NCBI GenBank assembly: GCA_037447605.1
Contig: CM074804.1
Span: 8,037,909-8,101,908 of the forward strand
Length of the DNA: 64,000 nt
Direction: 5' to 3'
DNA from: Zygnema circumcarinatum SAG 698-1b
Taxonomy: Eukaryota > Plantae > Zygnematophyceae
Positions 53,099-64,000 of the stretch are shown in pieces. The stretch's first letter is position 1. The number at the start of each line of letters is the position of its first letter. The notes under the pieces are model-generated. The model saw only the letters and a program-made list of their open reading frames with translations. It had not been told where the DNA came from and made no database searches. A program made the position numbers and the translations under genes.

Positions 53099-55572
53099 AA
53101 AACCCTGCAAACCCTAAACCCTACAAACCCTAAAACCTGTGCCTGTAGGGAGCCTTGTGTTTCCATTTGCGAGTCGAGCCTCATGCAATGGTAACACGCC
53201 ACGTGTACACATGTATCCACGTGGCGCATTCCCATTAGCAGATGCTCGACGCAAAAAAAAAGTCTCCATGACAGCGGCGCCGTACCGTAAGGCAAGTATT
53301 TTCGTACAGTAATACCACTTCGTACGGTACGGTGCCCCATTCGTACACATTTCGTACAATTCTTTTGTCGCTCCTTCTGCTCGTTAACGCTGTTCCTGGC
53401 CGTCGATGCCCTCCCACTGCGCCACGTGGCAACATCCTAGCCGTCCGATCCCCTCAAAATGCCGTGCTGTTGTTTGGGCCCGGAAACGGCCCATGGGCTT
53501 CTCTCATGCCTTGCCAATGGGGCCGGCGGCCGACCGGCTCCTCGTGGTTTCCCATTCCCCCCTGCCGCGGCTGCTGCTGCTGCCGCTGCTGCTGTGGCGC
53601 CTCGGAGGGCACCTCGCCATGGCTAGTGAGATCAATTATACAATGGAAACATATTTATTTCTTTCTTTCTTCCTTTCTTTCGTCCTTCTGCCGCATGAAC
53701 GACGACGACTGTAGAACATTTTTCTAGCAGATAAAAAAGAAAAAAAGACCTCGTTTTCTCTGCCTCGTCTTCCCCCAACGCTTTCCCGGTTCAAGATGGG
53801 TCTGAACACTCATCGGCACATGCATGCATGCATGCGTCTTCATCGGCACATGCCATGTGCGGGATCATCGAAGCGGGCATAGCCTTTGCATTTGAGTTCC
53901 GCCGAGTAATGGTGCACGTGTGTTGATTGGCGCATGCTGTCACATCATCATGTCAAGTGGCAGATAAGAGTAATCAGATTTTTTTTTCGAAAAAAAATCG
54001 AAAGATGCCCCCCAGAATCGGTTCCTGCACGCTTGTCCGGCCTGCTTTTTTTTTTAATGTAAGGGAGAGGCTTGTGATCGCGCTGTTTCTGTTGCGCTGC
54101 GCACTCTTGCTGGAATGCAGCAAACTTGAAGGGCTCGGCTTCTGCCTGTGCAGATGTGCAGAGTCCTGATGTGATCAATAGACGCACCAAAGCGGCTGCC
54201 AGTTGACAGCAAACCGCCACGACCTATCCTTCTCACACAAGCAGTGAGCAAAAAATTGAAGCTGGCGTCAGCAAACGTTGGAATGCCAATTCCGGCAGCC
54301 ATCTGCATGCAATTATGCCCTGTATTCTTGCTAGCAGCAGCAGCGACATGGATGTGCTACTGTTAATAGAGCGGAACTCGCATTAGAAAACGATGCATCC
54401 ATGGCTATCCATGGCTGTCGCTGTAAGCTGCCCGCCATGGCCGCCATCGTCAAATCTCCTTTCTGCGTTTCTGCATCAAAGGGAAAGGAGAGGGTGATTA
54501 TTCATGCGAGTCGTCAACCCTTTGTGATATTTTCTCATTGACATCTTTTTCTTCCAGCCGTTCAGTTTGCGGTTTCTTATGAAAAACTTGGGAGCCAATC
54601 TGCGAGAGGAGAAACCTTCCAGGTTTGCGTTTTGCGGTACGTCGTTGTATGACGTCATGAACATATGGGCGGCACTTGGTTGACACGAGTGATTCCACGT
54701 GGAATTCCAAAACTGCTGCCTCGTGCTGCCAGCCTGGAGTCCACCGATCCTACGTGGCAGATCGTGCCTGCCACGTGGAAAGTTGCTCAAAAAGCGCGCT
54801 CGCCACGTAGCAAATGTCGGTGAGGGCACCGACAAAATGTCGGTTGCTGGTTCATAAATGCCTTGCTTCAGAAATCCGCAAGATATGTACGAAAGATACG
54901 ACAAGGGCGGTGCCACTGTACGAATAAAAGCGAAAAAATCCAAAAAGGACCGCCTTTGTCGCATCCTGCCAGATACCGAGATACGCCGCAATGTGTCGCA
55001 AAGTATCGCACGAAGTCGCATAGTAGCTTTTACGGCCGCGATTGGTTGTAAGAAGTCGCACAAAGTCGCAGAGCCATTTCGCGGCCCCGCGTGGCAGCCG
55101 GCGAAGCAGCGGCGGCGAGCGAGGGCGCGCTGCCAGCGTGGCAACCATCAGCCAATCAGGGGCCTCCACGCGGTCAAGCTGAGTCAAGCTCTCCTGGGCC
55201 CAGGTCACGCCACGTCGCGCCGCAGCCTTCTGACACGCCCGAGGGCCTCCTCTGGAGCAACTTGGTACACGTGGCAACACCTTGGCCGTTACGTTTAACA
55301 CCAACGTCCCAGATGTGTCCACGTCACATGGCTGCCGTTGGCTTGGCAGCATTTCTTAGGATGTGACTTTATCAAGGCTTTGGCCCTTGGGTTTTCGTGA
55401 CGGGTTGCCACGTGGCAGCACACGTGTGGCCGTGTAGTTATCCGTACGGTTCAGGTCGCAGGGAGTCGCAAGGAGGTCGCATGGCCAATCGGGTGCGTCG
55501 GAGGCTGTCGTATGAACCTGTCTAGAGTCGCAGTACGTCGCAGTAGGTCGCATGCAATCGAATGGCGTCGCA
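53099..55572. promoter_or_regulatory. Divergent promoter DiT2 / SEP2: telo-box-like repeats, CGTAC cluster, multiple G-boxes, RY repeat, TGACGTCA and phased GTCGCA arrays
   Basis: aaaccct repeats at 53099-53135. CGTAC cluster at 53281-53357. CACGTG at 53200, 53218, 53423, 54696, 54772, 55268, 55409 and 55421. ATGCATGCATGCATG at ~53820-53834. TGACGTCA at 54650. Twelve GTCGCA copies at 54958-55572. Confidence 0.6.
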
Positions 55573-55928
55573 CGGCGCCCTTTTTGAGTTTATTGACCTT
55601 TCTCCGACTTTATTGGAAAGCTAGCTTTGGGAGTTGGGAGAAAGAGAGGGAGAGCGAGAGTGGGAGAGAGAGAGAGAGAGAGGAATACGCAGAGAGAGAA
55701 AACGAGCGTGGGAGATCCAGATAGTGAAGGGGGAGAGGGGGGTGAGGAAGAGAGGCGTTGATCCAGAGAGAGAGAGAGAGTGAGAGAGGGGTTGATCCAG
55801 AGAAAGAGAGAGAGAGAGGTGGGGAGAGGGCGGGAAGTGTAGAGAGGTAGAGAGGTCTCTACTTTCTATTGCCTTGACACCACCATTTGGCGAAGGAATC
55901 CTAGAAACAGTTTCTGGGTTGCAGATTA

Positions 55929-56823
55929 TGGCTGGATCGGTCATGCAGTCGGCCCATATTGTGGCTCTGAAGCCTCTCGAGCTTTGCTTTGCTCCCTCGA
56001 AATCATTTGCAAGGAAGTCGGCCACTTTGAAGAAGGTGCCGGTTGCTGCTGCTGCTCTGAGGACCCAACAAGGGGGAGGCGGCAGCGGATGGGAGGAGGG
56101 GAGCAGTGCTGCGGAGGCTGTCTATGTTCCAAGAATTTGCACATTGAAAGAGTTTTCAGATGGGGTTTCGAGCTTTGAAGTTGCGGGGAGCAAGGAGAGC
56201 GATGATCGATCGGTTGCAGAGCTTCTGCTGGCCTGCGTAGAGGCCTCTGCTCAGACCGCGGATTTTGAGACTCTTTCAGGACGTCTAGCAATGGTACGTT
56301 TCGCTTGATTGAGATTGCTTTCCTTCCCGAATTCTTTTTGCTTGGTGTGAAATTGCAGATATCGGTGCAGTTTGATCCAACTGTTGGAGCATTTTCTCAG
56401 ATCCATATGATGATACCATCCCTCAATTCCCGCTTTCTTTGACTTTGAATGAAATTCGTGATAGGGTTTCATTCATTGTCCATTGTTCTAACTGCCCTAT
56501 TCTCTCCCAATTCTTTACCGAACGTTGTGCAGGTCGGATTTGCCGCCGCATTGTCTATTGAATTTGTGACAGGGAACAGCATTTTCCGTGGTCTGGATGT
56601 GGCGAGCCTCGCCAAGGTGCTCGGCCTCTGCCTCCTCGCAGCCGGAGCTGCGGCGGGCTTTGCCATTGGATGGAGGTCAAAAAAGCATGTGTCAGATACT
56701 CTTGCATCGGGCTGCAAGAGCCTCATGGATTCCGCCGTTGATAGTATGATCGAGGGGCTCTTTTTCGACGATAAAACGGATCTGATGTCCTTGAAATCAA
56801 GCGTCGAGAAGACCGGGAATTGA
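55929..56823 (+). CDS. SEP2: Stress-enhanced protein 2 (two-helix LHC-like protein), 2 exons
   Basis: Transit peptide, then DFETLSGRLAM|VGFAAALSIEFVTGNSIFRGLD (LHC motif ExxxGRLAM) and SGCKSLMDSAVDSMIEGLFFDD, which matches the recalled SEP2 C-terminus (SCNSFIDSLVDQIVDGLFYD). Confidence 0.88.
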
Positions 56824-57960
56824 GCGGTTCGGAGGTGGCAGAGAGAAGGAGGGAGGAGGGTTCTCATCTGATAATCATGATGCGGAAAGACGGGTTCGCT
56901 GAAATGGGTTTTGAGCGGTCTACAGGCGAGACCAAAGCAGCAATTCATTATGCTTCAGTTGAGTTCAGAACTGAGCTGGTTGAGACGCTTATCGTGGGTT
57001 GCTGGAGATTTTGGGTAATGGAAACATGATGGTCCATGTTCGAACGGTTTCAAGTTCTGAGGCGGAAGCAGCGCTTGGCGAAGAATTTCTTAAGGGATGA
57101 AGCAATTGCCGATGTTTCCCTTTGTACATTCATTAAGCCGGGATTCAGAAGGCTATGGCTGAAGTCCTTTTACCACTTTACTTTGCGATTCGTGGCGGGA
57201 GTGTTCGATTCGCCATCAAATCTTCGCAAGTCTGTACGGCTCGGAAAGGCGCCTGAAGGCGTGGACGCTGTTATTTCTATCTATGTGAATTAATTGTTTG
57301 GTTTTTGTGTGCTAGGAGTAGAAACTGGCTGCTAGCAAGCAATCTTGTTACAGCGGGTTTCTGTTTTCTTATGATTTTTCTGTTGAAGGCGAGGCGGGGG
57401 TGGGGAGCCCCTTTGTGTAGATAATTCTTTGGAATAATGATTCAGCTAGGGTTTGCTTGTATATAATTTCTGGTCATTCCTTTCAGGAGCCTGCAAGAGT
57501 GGAGTGCAGATTCATGATGATGAAGAGGAAGATCAGATAGATTTGAGTTTAGTGTTGTGGTAGGCATCCGCTGTAACCACACCACATATTGAAGATTGAT
57601 TACGTAACTTTCGTTTTGGCACCTCTCTCGGTCGTTTTATTCTGAAGGTCTTATCTGGTTCTCATTTCACATGGCTGATGGTGCCCCTTGTGCACAATAT
57701 GAATGTTTGTTCCATGCAGTAAACACAGACGTGACAAGCCGAGAAACTCGAACAGCTGCATTCAAAATTTGCACAGAAAATTTCGATAAGACTTTACACA
57801 TGACAGCTCCTATCTTCTATGACTTCAGAAATTAAACCTAATTTTCCTAAACTGCTCCTGTACGCGATATATATCTACACAGGAAGAAAATGGAAGTACG
57901 TTTCATATCTTTCAAAGAGTACAGCAGACTGTGCTCTCTTCATGAGACCCCTCCCTCCCT

Positions 57961-60743
57961 CTAATAGCCATGATGATGATGATGCCCATGACGAGCTCGG
58001 CGGCGCCCCCCATGTGAAGAAGCATGATGGAAAGGATAACCCTGCCGCATGTAATCCTCCGCCGACCCATATCCCACCACGATGCCTCTTGGGTCTATGT
58101 GAGGGCCCCATCCATGAAAGCCAACATTCGGCATGCCCCCATTCATGGCAGCCATGCCATGGCGACCCATGACAGACCCATGAGGGGCATACCCCACATT
58201 GAACTCATGCTCCATCTCCTCCTCCCCATGCCGCATGGAGCTGCTGCTCCCTCCAAGGGCACCTCCTCCCCCCCCAGCTACTACCCCCATACCCTCCCTC
58301 CCTTCACCCGAGTCTCTCTCCCAGCCCCTCTCTCCTTGCGGCCCGTTCCGTCTCCCGTCATCATGTAAAGAAAGACCCACATGGAACGAGCTTCTTCCTG
58401 TACCGTTCTCGGGCACACTGCCTCTGTTTCTCTCAATTTGGGGCTCACCTTCCGCGAAACCCATGTGCGGAACTGAGCCTACATTATGACCCATGTGACC
58501 CATCATCCCCTGCCCATCCATCATGCCCCCTCCTCCCCCCTGCTGCTGCTCCACACTCTCTCCTCCATCCATAAGAGGAAGACCTCCTCCTCCATGAGCA
58601 TCTCCTGGGAAAGTCCCTTGACTCAAAAGGAAGTTGGGAACAGAAGGTCGGAACCCTTGCGGAACACGAGATTCAAAGAGCATTATTCCATTGGTTTCAA
58701 TGAGTTGCCCTCCGAAGGTAGGTCTGACTTTAGCTCGCCTCTTCCCCTCCCTCGCATAGAGTGTCTTGTTCGCCGCCATGGATGGGTTTCTCACCCTCTC
58801 GTTCGTCACTTTCTGCGTTGTCTGTTTCTGTCGCCCTCCCTCCGTCCACTCTCTCCGTACGTCTCCCCCACCCCCACTTACCATACCTCCCACTTTTGCT
58901 CGGTCCATCTCCACAAAGAACGATTTCGACTCCCTGTCATTTCTCGCCTCTCCTACTTCTCTACCAGAGCAATTCTCTCCCTCTCTTTGCTCCTCTCTGC
59001 CCCCAGCTACGCTCCCTCCTTCCCAACCTTGCCTCCCCTGTTTTCCTCCATTTCCCAACTCAGCCCTAACCACACCTTCTCCACTCCCTCTTCTCCCAAC
59101 CACCCCTCCTTCACCCTCCCTCCCTCCCTCTCTCACACCTCCTGCATCTTCCTCCGCATCCAATCCCCCTTCATGCATTATCCCTACTTCCACTCCATCC
59201 ACCCACATCTCCTCTCCCTCTACACTCCCATACCTAACCCTTTTTCTCGGCTTCTTGTCCTTTGCCCCCGCCGGCCTTCCCGGCTTCCTTTTCAGCACTT
59301 CTCCAGTCCCATCAACATTCTCCATATAGCTCGCATTATAGGCCTCTCTAATTCCCCCCAACTCCCCCCCCCCACTACCCCTCCCTCCCCCTCCCACACT
59401 CGCCCTCCCCACCCCTAAGTTTCCACCCCCTTCACTCTCTACCAACCCACTTTCTCCCGCCATTGCCTCCTCTTCTCCCGCACTGCTGCTTTCACCCTCT
59501 GTTTCTTCACTCTCTTCCTCTGAATCTGACTCTAAATCCAAAGAAGCGACGTCTTTAGCACTCAGCTTCTTAGAGGAACACTTTTGTAGAGCAAAAATTC
59601 TTGCTAATAAACTTTGCCGCTTTAGCGGCTTTCCTCCTCCCTTCTCCGTAGTAGAGCCATTAAGAGTTATTTTTCTCCCTTCTCCCACAGTCGGATCCTT
59701 CAAACCATAATTTCGCAAAGCAGCGCGAAGCATTTGAATGTCTTCTTCCTTTGCTTTGAGAGATGCACGAAGCTCGTTCCGACTCTTTTGAATATCCCTG
59801 CAGAAAAGGAGTGTGGCTCACTCATCATTTCTGCTACTTAATTAGCTAAGATTTAAATCATGTACAACCTTAAGCCACCCAAATTTACTCACCTCGCCTT
59901 CCGACAGTCTTGAGCATGGAGGGCCATATCGACTGCATTTCGACCGGTTCGAGAAAACGTTTCCCAACTCACAAACATGATAGGTCTCTTTCCAGCATCC
60001 AAATCCACCTGCCCCCCACATGCTTCCCCCCACCTCAATTTAACCTCCTCTGGTCAACACAAGGGTCCTTTCCTATACCTCCTAATGCATCGAAATTTCA
60101 CTTATTGTCTAGGCGAACCCCTACAAGCCCTTTCATCCTTACCTTATCGTTTTTCGTCCTCTTGACATTGGAATCCTCTGTTTCCATAAGGGGGTATTCA
60201 TCCAAAGTGGCCCACCACCCTGCTTTGCCCCTTGGACCTCTCCTCCTCTTCCCACAACCTTCAGGAGCCATCACCATCACTCTTGGCCTTCCTCTTGACT
60301 TCTCTGCATCTGCCGGAGCAAAGGCAGTCATTTCCGCCGCTTTACTACTACCACCCACTTCCTGCTCAGAGGGAACTAAAACTCCATTTTCTTTTCCTTT
60401 CCCATTTCCGCTGCTTGTGATTACTCGCGTTGCTGCAGTTTGACACTCGCTGCACAGCAGAGGGAGAAGCTCCTTCATGAAAGCAAGAGGAGCACTCTGA
60501 GGAACAGACGAGTCTGTGGAAGGAGGGGGGGTTTGTAAAGGTTGTTTCTGAGGGGTTTCTTGAGCTGGGGGAAGAGCACCCTTCGCTTCCACTACACTTG
60601 GAATTGGTGCAGTGTATGGGTAGTGAGAAGTAGTGTATGGGAACGAACCACCTGCAGCGGGATAAGGGTAGGAGGACACAGGAGGAGTGTAGGTAGAATA
60701 AGAAGCTGACCCAGTAGAGGGGTTTGCAGAATACCAATGCCAA

Positions 60744-60778
<35 letters not shown>

Positions 60779-62140
60779 AGACTGTTCATTAGAGCTCGGC
60801 GGAGGTTCATCCTGCTGTGGACTTTGTTTGGAAATTGAGAAATGCAGCTCCTGCGGAGGAAGAGCAGGGGCTGCTTGCTGTTCATTGAGAGGCAGCTGCA
60901 ATTGCAGAAGAGAAGTCATTGACGTTCCAGGTGGACAGAACAGTAGAGGGGTTTGAGTAGAGTGGGAGAGAGGAGGTAGTGCTTGCTGCCGTTCTTCCGG
61001 CAAGCTGCGGGACGGAGACTTCTGAACTTTCGGAGGTTCTAAGCAAAAATTTATCTCTTGGATGTTGTTCCCAACTAGCAGCTCCTGCTCTCCTTGTGCA
61101 TTTTCTTGACCTGCAGTTCCCAAGTTGCTGGTAGTAGCTTCGTTTACTATCGCTGGTGACTGAGAGTCTTTTTCGCCGATTGTATCAGATGCGGAAGGAT
61201 CAGTACGCCCCTTTCTCCTAATCTCCTCTTCTTTATTTACAAAATTAGGGTTTCCATGCTTATTCTGCTGCTGAAGCATCCTCCAAGCATCGCTATCTGC
61301 TGACCTGATGTCATCCTGTGGGGTCCACACCATTTCTGGATGACCCTCTCCCTCCAACCCTATTTTTTCCCGAGAGTCTTCAATTCTAACAACACTCCTC
61401 TCCTCCTCCTTATCCCCCTCTCTCTCCCCCTCCTTCAACACACCGGTCCCCTCTCGCTCCTCCCACTGCACCAAGTTGTCACCCGGCCGACTGACATCAC
61501 CACCATTCTTCTGCTCGTCAACATCACTCATTCCCCTCTCTTCTTCCTCCCTTCTAACATCATTCCCACTCACCCCAACAACCTCACTACCTTCTCTCCC
61601 ACCATCTCTCCCTCCACCCTCACTCCCACCCCCTTCTCTCCACGCCTCTCTCCCACCTTCTCTGCCTCCACCCTCACTCCCACCTTCTCTGCCTCCACCC
61701 TCACTCCCACTCCCTTCTCTCCACGCCTCTCTCCCACCTTCTCTCCCTCCACCCTCCCTCCCACCCCCTTCTCTCCACGCCTCCCCCACACCTTCTCTCC
61801 CTCCACTCTCACTCCCACCCCCTTCTCTCCACGCGTCTCTCCCTCCTCTCCCTCCACCCTCACTCCCACTCCCCTCTCTCCACGCCTCTCTCCCTCCTCG
61901 CCCTCCACCCTCACTCCCACCCCCTTCTCTCCACGCCTCCCCCCCACTTTCCCCCACATTCTCTTCCTGCTGCTCCTCCCTCTCCACCGCCTGCAGGAGC
62001 CCCTCCACTCTCTCTATCCCCCCGGACCCTCCCTTTGCGTTGATCATCTCCACAGCCTCATGACCCATCACATCCGCCGCCGCCACATCCTCCTTTAAAT
62101 CTGTAAAATTGCCACTCTCAGGCCCCATCACAGCCCACAA
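57961..62140 (-). CDS. Unknown ~1,350-aa largely low-complexity protein with a short conserved-looking core, coiled coil and AT-hook-like motif; 3 exons
   Basis: 680-codon ORF ending ...WWATLDEYPLMETEDSNVKRTKNDK|GTAAGG. Exon 2 after gggcAG: VDLDAGKRPIMFVSWETFSRTGRNAVDMALHAQDCRKA(R)|GTGAGT. Exon 3 after ctgcAG: DIQKSRNELRASLKAKEEDIQMLRAALRNYG... continues as the 590-aa ORF, containing KRKPGRPAGAKDKKPRKR, to HHHHHGY*. Splice phases (0, 2) are consistent. Confidence 0.72.
61590..61940 (-). repeat. Coding tandem repeat (~51 bp; (E/D)AWREGxGSEGGGRxGG) x6
   Basis: Six (E/D)AWREG motifs in the 60098-62140 ORF; the + strand shows repeated cccttctctccacgcctc. Confidence 0.85.
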
Positions 62141-63040
62141 ATTATACCCAAATCTGGCCCTTAAGGAGCATGCTGTCCCTGCCTATCTCCCACCTTTTTT
62201 AACGCCCAGCAAAACCCTGCCCTGCTTTTCTAGTCCTCAAAAATGTAGGGTTTCAAAACACCCTAATTGGTTTTTTTCAAAACACCCTAATTTTAATATT
62301 TTTAGGTTTTCCCCTCGCCTGGGAAAACCAGCCTCGCTCTGAGCTTTGCCTGGTTAGCCATTTGACAAACCCTAAAAACGCAGTGGAGGACGGTCTATGG
62401 AGATATTTCAACCAATCATATGGGTCTATTATTCCACGTGGTCACTCATTGTTGGATTAAAGAAAATGGCAACTGCGCGTTAACGGCGGAGGCTGCATGT
62501 GAAAGCAGGCAATCGCATAGAGTGGATCCGTGGATCACTTGGGATCAACTGGGTCTACTGAAGGTGATCAACACCAAAACAAATGACTGGGTGCAGTGTA
62601 CTGTAGGTCCAACGGCGATCCAGCATTTTTGTGGATCAGGATCAACCCCAACAGACTGTCAGCGTGAACAAAATCACTTTGTCGAAGGTCCATTAATTGT
62701 ATCGAGTGATTGTGTAACTTTATCAAGGGACTTTCTCCTTAGGACTGCAGCGCGCAGCCGCCTGCAAACTGATAGCAATTGCAGCCTTTGAGTTGTGGGG
62801 GGGGGGGGCGGAGGGGTGGAGAGCGGGAGAGAGGGGGCTAGAGAGAGAGAGAGAGTGGGAGAAAGAGAGGGAGAGGATAGGGAGAGAGGCCTGGAGGGAG
62901 AGAGCACGGGGGAAGGTGGCGAGGGGAGCCGGAGAGAAAGCAGGGAGGAAGGAGAGCACAGTGAGAGGGGGAGAGTGTGAGTGATAGTGTGGGAGAGAGA
63001 GAGAGAGAGAGAGTAAAGAGAGAGGGAGAGATTGTTAGAG

Positions 63041-64000
63041 ATGGATGTTGACACGCCATCTTTGCGAGGAGACTTGGAGGCGTCAGCTGTCCTTTCCAAT
63101 GAAGGGGAGGGAGGGAAGAAAGCGCATGTACAGAATGGAGGTGAGCTGCTTTCTATTAAACCCCAAAATTCTAATTTAGAATTCTTGAAACACGTTTTAA
63201 AAATGTCAAATTTACGATTTGGGTTTGTGGCTTTCCTTATATCTTTTAAATGGGTCCGTTGAAGATCCCATACATCTTCTTTCCCTAAGCTTTTTTTCCG
63301 TAGCAGAGGAATTCGCCTCATTTTCAATTATAAACCCATAGACGTACTCATTACAATTTTGCGGCTCAGAGTTCAAAATGGAGAATTTGAAGGATTCAAG
63401 CTGCTCTGAACCCTGCAAACTTTTTAAATTAAGATTCCCAATTTTACTTAAGAGGTTGAAATCTTCGTTTTCAATGAAGTCTTAACTGCCTTTGTTTTAA
63501 AAATCTTGAAACAAGACTCTGTAAGCCCAACAGAAATTTAACCCTTGTGCCCATTGAGACACCATCCAGAATTGAGCCTGAGTCTTATGCGCCCTCTCTT
63601 ACCCCCTTTCGCTCTCTCTCACTCACTCTCTCTCTCCCTCTCTTACTCACTCTCTCTCTCCCTCTCTTTCCCTCTCTCTTCCTCGTCCCTCCTCGCCCTC
63701 TCCCTGTTCCGGCTTCCTCTCTCACTCTCCCTCTCTTTCCCCCCCTCATGCCCTCCTTCTCCTCGCCCGGGTCCTCTCTCTGCCACTCCCTCTCTCTCTC
63801 CCTCTCTCCCTCTGTCTGGATGCTTGCAGCTCCGCAATTTAGAGCAGGAGCTGAAGAGGAGGAATTTGCGACGGCTTTTGCGAAAATTATGAACCGAAGA
63901 ATAGCTTCGCATGCTCCGGTAAACTACAACTGCAACAGTGACATGGACCAGTACGGAAAGAACCTCAATGACATGTGTGAAGGGGGGAGAGGGAGAGAGA
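63041..64000 (+). CDS. 5' part of an unidentified gene running off the window
   Basis: ATG at 63041, 100-nt exon (MDVDTPSLRGDLEASAVLSNEGEGGKKAHVQNG) and GAG|GTGAGC donor. A long pyrimidine tract and ttgcAG acceptor at 63829 give an in-frame phase-1 join to APQFRAGAEEEEFATAFAKIMNRRIASHAPVNYNCNSDMDQYGK. Confidence 0.45.

Overview
Intron-rich, gene-dense nuclear DNA from a green plant of the streptophyte lineage. Protein similarity and style suggest a charophyte alga or early land plant, but the species cannot be fixed from sequence alone. By manual splicing I reconstruct nine recognisable genes: FYVE+ankyrin protein (-), NEMP-family nuclear envelope protein (-), DExH3/DExH5/ABO6-type RNA helicase (+), ESCRT-III VPS2 (+), MED22 (-), eIF3a (-), RRM/RS/coiled-coil protein (+), zeta-crystallin-type quinone oxidoreductase (-), plastid dicarboxylate transporter DiT2 (-), plus a tenth, the LHC-like SEP2 (+). 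There are also three genes I cannot assign: a small membrane/coiled-coil gene, a ~1,350-aa low-complexity protein with an AT-hook-like motif, and a gene start at the right edge. No rRNA, tRNA, transposase or reverse transcriptase was seen. The most unusual non-coding structure is at 24.9-28.9 kb: a tandemly duplicated ~1.25-kb unit set in GA microsatellite, containing a fold-back module built from ~92-bp hairpin repeats and a palindromic CCAAT satellite, surrounding an orphan gene. Also notable are a one-strand, 10-bp-phased GTCGCA ladder with a dense G-box cluster between DiT2 and SEP2, a GC-AG intron in MED22, and a ~590-nt G/A-only intron tract in DiT2. All family assignments come from recalled sequence motifs, not database searches.
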